Shown here in pieces: positions 1-5,278 of a DNA stretch of 5,690 nucleotides (position 1 is the first letter of the stretch; each line of letters begins with the position of its first letter). Source of the DNA: an uncultured archaeon (GTDB lineage: Archaea; Iainarchaeota; Iainarchaeia; Iainarchaeales; CSSED10-239); contig CAZQEL010000029.1 of the NCBI GenBank assembly GCA_964591795.1, positions 1,015-6,704 of the forward strand. Reading direction: 5' to 3'. The notes below the pieces were generated by a model. The model made no database searches and was not told the origin of the DNA. It saw only the letters and a list, made by a program, of their open reading frames with translations. The translations under genes were made by a program, and so were the position numbers.

Positions 1-371
1 ATACAATTAAAGATAGATTCTATAAAGAATATCTATTACCTGAAGAAAAATTTATATATTCTGCAGAAATTATTAAAAAACCAAAATTTCTAATAACAGG
101 ACATACTAAAGAACAAGGAATATTTAAAGATTATAAATTTTTTGGAAAACTACCAAAAGAACCTATATTTCCTATGTTAAACTCTAAAAAAGAAAAAATA
201 AAATATACAGTTGATTTAATTTTAAAAAACATTGGTGTGAATAAAGAAATTTTAAAAAAAGATATAATTTTATTAAAATCACCTAAATATATTAAAAAAA
301 ATCTAAATGTAGAACAACAAACTAAACTAAAAGAAAGAATATTTAATTCTTTAAAAGAGAGATTTTTATAA
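1..371 (+). CDS. 3' portion of a longer gene truncated by the window edge (hypothetical protein, last ~123 codons). Possibly the partner of the downstream PEP-utilising swivel-domain protein.
   Basis: The frame of the listed 174..371 ORF stays open to the window start: from nt 3 it reads TIKDRFYKEYLLPEEKFIYSAEIIKKPKFLITGHTKEQGIFKDYKFFGKLPKEPIFP before the listed Met. The Met at 174 is therefore probably internal. Stop TAA at 369-371. The next gene starts 17 nt downstream on the same strand. I recognise no family motif in this fragment. Confidence 0.55.
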   Translation, partial: TIKDRFYKEYLLPEEKFIYSAEIIKKPKFLITGHTKEQGIFKDYKFFGKLPKEPIFPMLNSKKEKIKYTVDLILKNIGVNKEILKKDIILLKSPKYIKKNLNVEQQTKLKERIFNSLKERFL

Positions 372-388
372 CAAAAAGGAAAATAAAC

Positions 389-667
389 ATGGAATATTTA
401 ATAAATGGAAAAATTGAAGGCATCATAAAAATAATAAAGTCAGAAAAAGATCTTACCACTTCAAAAAATAAAATAATTGTAATTAAAGAAGTGACCTTAG
501 AAATATTACCAAGATTGCATAACGTTAAAGGCATTATCGTTGAAAAAGGAAGTAAACTATCACATATTACTATATTTTTAAGAGAAATTGGAATACCAAT
601 GGTAAGAATACCAAATGCTTTAAAGAAATATAAAGATAAAGAAAAAATTAATCTTCAAAAACTTTAA
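389..667 (+). CDS. Stand-alone PEP-utilising enzyme mobile ('swivel', phosphohistidine) domain protein, 92 aa
   Basis: KIIVIKEVTLEILPRLHNVKGIIVEKGSKLSHITIFLREIGIPMV matches the PEP-utilizers mobile-domain pattern (..ILV....P......aaGiite.Gg.tSHaAi.aRelGIPaV), including the Ser-His catalytic dipeptide. The N-terminal G..EG motif is also present. A purine-rich AAGGA lies 8 nt upstream of the ATG. Stop TAA. Confidence 0.8.
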   Translation: MEYLINGKIEGIIKIIKSEKDLTTSKNKIIVIKEVTLEILPRLHNVKGIIVEKGSKLSHITIFLREIGIPMVRIPNALKKYKDKEKINLQKL

Positions 668-1769
668 TTTTATTTAAATATGTTTGATACCCATACCATT
701 TAAATTCATTAATTATTGGGGTGTCAAATAAAATAGATTCTTTCATAAACAAGTCATTTTCAATAATGACCATATATAAATTTTCAAAATCATCTTCTTC
801 TAATAAATCTCCAAATTGAGGTTCAATTAAATATGAACTAAATAAAGATAAATGAACATCATCAGGAGTTTTTATCTCTTTATCTGTAATCATTACAACA
901 CAATGACCATTATATTCTCCTGATTGAGGATCATATAGATTTCCACAAGCTACATATGGATGTATGTAACCTTCTTCTAATTTATATTCTTCAACTCCTT
1001 TATCATAGTACCAATCACCATAAATAAAATAATTTTTGGTAGTATCAGAAAGAATAACCCCTTCTATTATAGGAATTTTATTTTTTTCAGTAATTACATA
1101 ATCTATTAAATATCTTAATTGTGCAGTAAATAATAATGAAAAATCTTCACAATCTCCACCTACACTATCATTTACAATATGGTTTAAATTTTGCAAATTA
1201 TCTTCTTTACCAGATGTCTTTAAATCAGGAATATATTCTAATTTTAAATATCGCTCATTAATATATTCTATACATGTAGTTTTAATATAACAATATTTAT
1301 TTTCACAATAAACACAAGAATTAGTAAGTCTACTTTTTGTAGAATTAATATTTTCAATATTATTAATTGTTGAATTTTGTTGAAACCAATCCATTAAATC
1401 TTTAATTACTTCTTTAAAATTAAATAAATCGTTTTTAATAGTTTCATAATCTTCAAGTAATATACTATTTTCATTTTCTAGGTCTGTATTTTGATTTGAA
1501 CTTTCTAGTAGTTTTTTTTCTAAAGAATTATAATCATTAGTTAGATTTTCTAGTTTTAGATTTAATAAGTCATAATTACTAGTTAAATCATCATGGTTTT
1601 CTAGTAATAGATTATGACTTTTTAATAATTCATTATACTCATTTACATTTAAACTATATTCTTTATATAAATTTTGATAGTTAAAGAGAAATATAAATAT
1701 AAAAATACCTAATATAATAAATAAACTGAGTTTAATATAAAAATAAATTGATTTTTTCTTTTTAATCAT
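648..1769 (-). CDS. Membrane-anchored (N-in signal anchor) coiled-coil protein with a C-terminal transglutaminase-like / papain-fold Cys-protease-like domain, 373 aa
   Basis: The long ORF is 648..1868. I place the start at the internal ATG 1769-1767 (MIKKKKSIYFY...) for three reasons: the upstream 33 codons overlap the RHH gene, GAGGT (1780-1776) sits 6 nt upstream of this ATG, and the RHH stop is only 1 nt away.
Domain order:
- K-rich N-terminus plus TM helix (IKLSLFIILGIFIFIFLF).
- About 90 aa of heptad-like Leu/Asn/Asp/Glu coiled coil.
- Cys cluster CVYCENKYCYIKTTC.
- GGDCEDFSLLFTAQLRYL, resembling the transglutaminase-core G.C..Fa.lf.allR motif, then GHCVVMI (candidate His) and acidic residues (TPDD / LIEPQ).
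The CDS call is solid. The fold assignment is motif-level only. Confidence 0.7.
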   Translation of the reverse strand: MIKKKKSIYFYIKLSLFIILGIFIFIFLFNYQNLYKEYSLNVNEYNELLKSHNLLLENHDDLTSNYDLLNLKLENLTNDYNSLEKKLLESSNQNTDLENENSILLEDYETIKNDLFNFKEVIKDLMDWFQQNSTINNIENINSTKSRLTNSCVYCENKYCYIKTTCIEYINERYLKLEYIPDLKTSGKEDNLQNLNHIVNDSVGGDCEDFSLLFTAQLRYLIDYVITEKNKIPIIEGVILSDTTKNYFIYGDWYYDKGVEEYKLEEGYIHPYVACGNLYDPQSGEYNGHCVVMITDKEIKTPDDVHLSLFSSYLIEPQFGDLLEEDDFENLYMVIIENDLFMKESILFDTPIINEFKWYGYQTYLNKIKVFED

Positions 1770-1770
1770 A

Positions 1771-2034
1771 TTAAAACCTCTTTTGTCTAAGTCTTCTAGT
1801 AGAATATCTTCCTTTATCTTTATATGAGTCTTTAAGATAAGAAGAATTTTCTTTTTGTAAAACTTCATAAGTAGGTTCAGTATAACCTAATTGTTTTAAT
1901 GCTTGATCAAATATTTTAGTAAAACTTAAGTTATTTTCTTGTACAAACTTATCTTGGCTATTTGTAATTCTAATATTTATCCTTACATTTCTTTTTTCTG
2001 GAGAATAGTCTTTTTTTACATCTTCTAATTTCAT
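1771..2034 (-). CDS. Small ribbon-helix-helix (CopG/Arc/MetJ-like) DNA-binding protein with a basic C-terminal tail, 87 aa (paralog copy 1)
   Basis: RNVRINIRITNSQDKFVQENNLSFTKIFDQALKQL fits the RHH pattern: a beta-strand of alternating residues, helix A, an N-x-S turn, then helix B. I place the start at ATG 2034-2032 (MKLEDV...) rather than the tracked GTG 2043. The paralog at 5279-5539 begins its homology exactly there, and both copies have GTGAT + 4 nt + ATG. The stop TAA (1771-1773) lies 1 nt from the next gene's start. Confidence 0.8.
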   Translation of the reverse strand: MKLEDVKKDYSPEKRNVRINIRITNSQDKFVQENNLSFTKIFDQALKQLGYTEPTYEVLQKENSSYLKDSYKDKGRYSTRRLRQKRF

Positions 2035-2122
2035 AATCATCACACTATGCAGTCATTGTACATACACTAGACACAGAATATTTATAAATAGATCGGAAAA
2101 GAAGTAAAATATAATAAGAAAA
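1808..2122 (-). repeat. Direct repeat copy A (~315 bp: most of the RHH CDS + 5'UTR + promoter)
   Basis: Hand alignment with 5313-5624 at a constant offset of 3505 nt through CDS and promoter. I count about 25 mismatches over the 227 coding nt (1808-2034 vs 5313-5539) and 1 mismatch over the 43-nt promoter block. Homology then continues with a small indel as agtaaaatataataa. It fades in the 3' coding tails and beyond about 2122/5624. Confidence 0.85.
2056..2098 (-). promoter_or_regulatory. Conserved promoter/operator block of RHH copy 1 (TATA-like TTTATAAATA at 2081-2090 plus downstream TGTA-CA-TACA inverted repeat)
   Basis: The 43-nt block ttgtacatacactagacacagaatatttataaatagatcggaa is 42/43 identical to 5561-5603. 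The TATA-like box sits 47 nt upstream of the ATG in both copies. GTGAT (2043-2039) is SD-like. Confidence 0.6.
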
Positions 2123-2322
2123 AAAGAAAGAAAAAATATAACTTCAAAAGTAGAAGTCATATTAAGTATTGGAAAAATAAAACTAATTAAATACGGTTTT
2201 TTGAAGAATTTATTTTTTTAATAAATTTATTCTGATTTATACTTTCTTTTTTATATACACCAATTAAACAACTTATTAATCCAATAAAAAATTATCTTTT
2301 TTTAATATCTATTTCTATTCAT

Positions 2323-3369
2323 TTATGTATTATTTGATTTCGCCATTACCTTTTCTAATAATTTTTTAGTTTCAGGGTTATCTATAAAATCCATTAAGTT
2401 AAATTGCTCATAGAATCTATCCATTGTATCTTCAAATCTTTCTTTAATTTCGTTTATTTCAAAAACTGTGTTTACAGATAATTCTTCTAAGTTAAGATTA
2501 TTTTCTATATAATAATTCTTCATATCACTTAAACAATTATGAATTGCTATATAATCCAAAAAAGAATTATAAGCTTCAATTCCTAATTTTTTTAATTGAT
2601 AATCTTCAATTTTATTATACATTTTAGTAAAATAAATAATAAAATCTGAAAAATTGTTTATTATATTGTATTCATCTTTGAAGTAAGGTTTTAGTTTTAG
2701 TAGCTTTCTAGTGTTTTCTTCTAAGAAATTAAAATTACCATTATATGCTTGTTCTAACATTTGATCTTTTAATTGATACAATTGATAAATTTCTGAATCG
2801 TTTGAATAATATTGTTTTTTTCTAAATTCTTTAGAACTCATTATCTTTGATTGTTCAATTATATTTTCACTAACTGTATTATAGATTTCTTCTTCTGATA
2901 TATCTTTTATATCTAGTTGTATTAATTTAGAATAATTTATTTCAGGATTATAAGATACAGGAGTAATTTGTCCATACTTATACCACATTACTGGTAATCC
3001 TAAATTTAGTTTGTTATTAATTTGAACAACTAGTTTTTGCATCTGTGTTCGTGTTGGTTTTTGCCCAATTATGCTATAAATATAATCATTTATTTTTGAA
3101 AATAAATAATATATTTTTTGTTTATGTTCTAATTTTATTTTAAAATTAAAATAAACGTCTGAAATTTGATTTACTTTGATATTTAGAAAAGCCTCTGATA
3201 ATAAATACACTTTATCATTAGCAACAACTAATTTTTCTTTAACTAGATTTAAAATAATTCTATTAACTGTTTCTTTAGGTATATTTATTCTTTTAGAGAT
3301 TTCATCAACAGTTGATTTGGGATTTTGAGTTAAATTTAACATTATTTTACTAAAATTTCCTAAGCTCAT
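2323..3369 (-). CDS. Winged helix-turn-helix (MarR/ArsR-like N-terminal domain) protein with a ~280-aa uncharacterised, largely helical C-terminal region, 348 aa
   Basis: The N-terminus KSTVDEISKRINIPKETVNRIILNLVKEKLVVANDKVYLLSE follows the classic wHTH pattern (recognition helix, then beta-hairpin wing). I see no Walker or nuclease motifs in the rest. A purine-rich AAAGGAT lies upstream of the ATG at 3369. Stop TAA at 2323-2325. Confidence 0.75.
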   Translation of the reverse strand: MSLGNFSKIMLNLTQNPKSTVDEISKRINIPKETVNRIILNLVKEKLVVANDKVYLLSEAFLNIKVNQISDVYFNFKIKLEHKQKIYYLFSKINDYIYSIIGQKPTRTQMQKLVVQINNKLNLGLPVMWYKYGQITPVSYNPEINYSKLIQLDIKDISEEEIYNTVSENIIEQSKIMSSKEFRKKQYYSNDSEIYQLYQLKDQMLEQAYNGNFNFLEENTRKLLKLKPYFKDEYNIINNFSDFIIYFTKMYNKIEDYQLKKLGIEAYNSFLDYIAIHNCLSDMKNYYIENNLNLEELSVNTVFEINEIKERFEDTMDRFYEQFNLMDFIDNPETKKLLEKVMAKSNNT

Positions 3370-3424
3370 TTTTAATTATCCTTTTTCAATCTTTAATATA
3401 TTTCAGTTTATCTAGATCTTTGTA

Positions 3425-3480
3425 ACATATATATGTGCAAACCTATATATATATGTTTGCTTTATTTAAACAATTAATTC
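3425..3480. promoter_or_regulatory. Palindrome-rich divergent control region between the wHTH gene and the PIN-like gene
   Basis: A perfect 12-nt palindrome ACATATATATGT (3425-3436) is immediately followed by GCAAAC-ctatatatatat-GTTTGC (3437-3460). The segment 3443-3480 recurs with small indels at 5174-5208. Confidence 0.45.
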
Positions 3481-3500
3481 GTATTTTGATAATTTAATAC

Positions 3501-3515
3501 CAAAAGCTTTATATA
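3501..3515 (+). promoter_or_regulatory. BRE/TATA-like promoter element for the PIN-like gene
   Basis: caaaagc TTTATATA: an A-rich BRE-like stretch followed by a TATA box at 3508-3515. It lies 45 nt upstream of GTG 3560 and 81 nt upstream of ATG 3596. Confidence 0.4.
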
Positions 3516-3559
3516 GGATTAGATATATAGATAAATATAACGTAAGATATACATAAATA

Positions 3560-4114
3560 GTGATTATTATTGATTCAAGAATATTAGAAATATTAATGTT
3601 ATTTGACAAAAAGTCAAAAATAGTGATTGATACTAACATGTACATATTTAATTATGAATTTATCACGGACAAAGTTCCAAAATATGATTGCCAAACAAAG
3701 ATAAAAAAAGAAAATGTAGGCCTTATTTTTAAATATTTAGAAGAGAAACAAATATCTGTAGTAGTACCCAAAATAATATTTAATGAAATTAAAAAAAAAA
3801 TGACTCAATTTAGATATATCTACAATAAAGACATAATCTTTGGTAAATTAAACATTATTGAAGACAAAGACGAAATCTTTGAAATAGATAATAGACCATT
3901 AGCAGAACAACTATTTTATGAATCATCAACTGATTTAATGATATACATTTACTGTAAGGAAAAAGAAATACAAATCATCATAACAGATAACACAACAGAT
4001 TTTGATGAATCTGAAAAAAGATACAACAGAAGCATAAACAAAAGCAAGATAATGATAACAATTGCAGGAATCGCAGACACTTACAAAGCAATAAGTAAAA
4101 AGAAGATAAAATAA
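3560..4114 (+). CDS. PIN-domain-like putative ribonuclease with a ~35-aa basic C-terminal extension, 184 aa (172 aa if ATG 3596 is the start)
   Basis: The PIN acidic signature appears in the right order and spacing: IVIDTN (first Asp), IIFNEIKK (Glu), SSTDLMIYIY (Asp), IIITDNTTDFDE (distal Asp residues). The tracked start is GTG 3560. ATG 3596 (MLFDKKSKIVIDTN) is an equally plausible start and gives a typical short lead-in to the DTN motif. The stop TAA at 4112-4114 overlaps the next ATG. Confidence 0.65.
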   Translation: MIIIDSRILEILMLFDKKSKIVIDTNMYIFNYEFITDKVPKYDCQTKIKKENVGLIFKYLEEKQISVVVPKIIFNEIKKKMTQFRYIYNKDIIFGKLNIIEDKDEIFEIDNRPLAEQLFYESSTDLMIYIYCKEKEIQIIITDNTTDFDESEKRYNRSINKSKIMITIAGIADTYKAISKKKIK

Positions 4115-4281
4115 TGGGAAAAATATTTGAATTAATCGCAGGAAGATTATTAGGATTAGTATTAATATTCGCGTTTATTGATTCTGGAAATCAAATACTT
4201 CGTTCTGCAGGATTAATGACTCTTGGAATAGTAGTTTTAGTTGTCGCATTGTTCTTAATTGCAATGTTCTTTAAAAAATAA
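4114..4281 (+). CDS. Untracked 55-aa two-transmembrane-helix microprotein, translationally coupled to the PIN-like gene
   Basis: My own translation: MGKIFELIAGRLLGLVLIFAFIDSGNQILRSAGLMTLGIVVLVVALFLIAMFFKK*. It has two hydrophobic helices, a polar DSGNQILRS loop and a KK C-terminus. Its ATG overlaps the upstream stop as TAATG (4112-4116). The region is noticeably more GC-rich than the surrounding spacers. A hairpin terminator follows directly. Confidence 0.6.
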   Translation: MGKIFELIAGRLLGLVLIFAFIDSGNQILRSAGLMTLGIVVLVVALFLIAMFFKK

Positions 4282-4286
4282 ACCTA

Positions 4287-4319
4287 AATAGCGACATAGT
4301 CGCTATTAATACTATTTTT
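4287..4319 (+). terminator. Hairpin + T-tract terminator-like element (possibly bidirectional)
   Basis: AATAGCGAC-ata-GTCGCTATT forms a perfect 9-bp stem with a 3-nt loop (4287-4307). TTTTT follows at 4315-4319. The opposite strand also runs into a T-tract (complement of 4273-4278). The element sits 6 nt after the micro-ORF stop and is the only GC-containing perfect stem in this AT-rich spacer. Confidence 0.5.
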
Positions 4320-4429
4320 AAATAAAGTAAATATTGTTTACCATTTCTAATAAATAATATTCACTATGAAAATTAGGATTATTTAATCACTATTTATTTT
4401 TTATTTCAATAATATCTTATTTAATTAAA

Positions 4430-4675
4430 TTATCTCTTTTTTATAAAATAAATCCACTTAATATTTCCTTGCCCAATAGTATAAAAATGAACTTTATAAA
4501 AATTACTTTTTCCTTTGAAATATTTTGTTTTATCATAAGGAGATTAACCATATTTTTTAATAAAATGATTATAATAAGATTCAGCTGATTTTACCACCCA
4601 TTTAGGAGGAGAAGATATTTCAACCCAATCTGAATAAGTTAAAAATTTAATTATTTTTTTTACTATAGATGTCAT
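4430..4675 (-). pseudogene. Small - strand frame of 81 codons interrupted by one in-frame TAA: either a 43-aa ORF (4544-4675) plus a 37-codon open extension, or a disrupted small gene
   Basis: My translation: MTSIVKKIIKFLTYSDWVEISSPPKWVVKSAESYYNHFIKKYG*SPYDKTKYFKGKSNFYKVHFYTIGQGNIKWIYFIKKR*. The internal TAA is at 4544-4546 and the final TAA at 4430-4432. Stop-free runs of this length are uncommon in DNA this AT-rich, and the region has locally raised GC. I have no confident family assignment. The tail K.FKG..NFYKV.. is only vaguely RelE/ParE-like. Confidence 0.3.
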
Positions 4676-4759
4676 AAATAATATATTTATGAATGTAATT
4701 TAAAGTTATCTTTCCAACAGCTAATAAGGGTATTTATTTTTTAATGTTATTATTTATAA

Positions 4760-4927
4760 TTAGTCGTTTTCTTTTATTTTTATACCTTCTTCTAATAATT
4801 TAGAATATAGTTTATTAGCTTTATTAAAATATTTATTAAAAGTTATTTCTTTAGAACTAAATTTATTTGTCAAATTATTTAATTTTTTAGCTAATTCAAT
4901 CCCTTCAATATTAAGTTTCCAACCTAC
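4760..4927 (-). other. 55-codon in-frame open extension immediately after the zinc-ribbon gene's TAA (no ATG of its own)
   Basis: Reading on in the same frame after the TAA at 4928-4930 gives VGWKLNIEGIELAKKLNNLTNKFSSKEITFNKYFNKANKLYSKLLEEGIKIKEND*, with the stop at 4760-4762. The composition is protein-like and helical. There is no in-frame ATG or GTG start, only one TTG. Confidence 0.3.
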
Positions 4928-5143
4928 TTAACAAATAGGACACAATAAATAATCATTAATTTTTAGTGGAAAAATAGGGATGAAAAATAAAGTAAACCAT
5001 TCTGTTCTTTTTATAAATTGATAATAAACTTCATTATTACAATTTGTACATTTAATAAGAATAGTAGATCCATAATTTTTTGTAGTTGTATAACCCCAAC
5101 CAAATATAATAAATCCTTTTTCATTCATTTTAATAATTTCCAT
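4928..5143 (-). CDS. Small zinc-ribbon membrane protein (CxxC...hydrophobic segment...CxxC), 71 aa
   Basis: FIIFGWGYTTTKNYG...CTNCNN...WFTLFFIPIFPL...CPIC contains two CxxC pairs flanking a hydrophobic FTLFFIPxxP segment. This pattern recalls a widespread family of small zinc-ribbon proteins, but I am not certain of the family name. The alternative start Met6 is at 5128. There is no purine-rich SD; only AT-rich TATA-like tracts lie 15-40 nt upstream, so the leader may be short or absent. Confidence 0.65.
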   Translation of the reverse strand: MEIIKMNEKGFIIFGWGYTTTKNYGSTILIKCTNCNNEVYYQFIKRTEWFTLFFIPIFPLKINDYLLCPIC

Positions 5144-5208
5144 TTATATATTAATAATTATATAAATATGATTCTATATATATGTTTCTTTATTTTTACC
5201 AATTATTC
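5144..5208 (-). promoter_or_regulatory. Upstream region of the zinc-ribbon gene, containing a copy of the motif also found at 3443-3480
   Basis: 5174-5208 (ctatatatatgtttctttatttttaccaattattc) aligns with 3443-3480 (ctatatatatatgtttgctttatttaaacaattaattc) with three small indels. TATA-like tracts lie between the motif and the ATG. Confidence 0.4.
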
Positions 5209-5278
5209 AACAAAACTTATACTTATTTTCAAACTTTTTCTTCCCAATAAATTAATCTTCATTTCCTATTCAAAATAA

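Noticed and set aside
343-534. Tracked 63-aa - strand ORF
   Set aside because: It lies antisense to the well-supported PEP-utilizers domain gene and to the end of the upstream gene. Its composition is low-complexity and Phe/Ile-rich, as expected from reading an A-rich coding strand backwards. It has no start context.
1770-1868. N-terminal 33 codons of the tracked 406-aa ORF (start at 1868)
   Set aside because: They would overlap the 3' third of the conserved RHH gene in another frame. The internal ATG 1769 has a GAGGT SD and gives a canonical K-rich signal-anchor N-terminus immediately after the RHH stop.
2053-2160. 35-aa hydrophobic - strand ORF (MTSTFEVIFFLSFFLIIFYFF...) upstream of RHH copy 1
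   Set aside because: It reads straight through the conserved TATA/operator block. Its 5' half is not conserved at the second repeat copy. It arises from a poly-A/G spacer read in reverse.
2100-2322. Possible CRISPR array, tRNA or ncRNA in the long AT-rich spacers (also 4320-4430 and 4676-4760)
   Set aside because: There are no regularly spaced repeats and no GC-rich stems or tRNA-like cloverleaf segments. The only features are homopolymer A/T runs and short AT palindromes (for example AATAAATTTATT at about 2220), which are expected by chance at this composition.
4487-4588. 33-aa + strand ORF (MNFIKITFSFEIFCF...)
   Set aside because: It is short, has no SD or promoter context, and is antisense to the more protein-like - strand frame 4430-4675.
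4604-4609. AGGAGG Shine-Dalgarno-like hexamer on the + strand
   Set aside because: There is no ATG/GTG/TTG-initiated ORF of meaningful length downstream on the + strand. The hexamer is better explained as the SPP codons (tct cct cct) of the - strand frame.
4430-5143. Alternative genetic code (TAA as a sense codon) to explain the in-frame TAAs
   Set aside because: All the well-supported genes in the window (389-667, 648-1769, both RHH copies, 2323-3369, 3560-4114, 4114-4281) terminate at TAA with sensible C-termini and gene spacing. TAA is therefore a functional stop here. Only local readthrough or pseudogenisation remains plausible.
5018-5278. Tracked 86-aa + strand ORF
   Set aside because: It is antisense to the zinc-ribbon gene and runs through that gene's promoter spacer. 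The Ile/Phe/Asn-rich low-complexity product is typical of spurious frames in AT-rich DNA.
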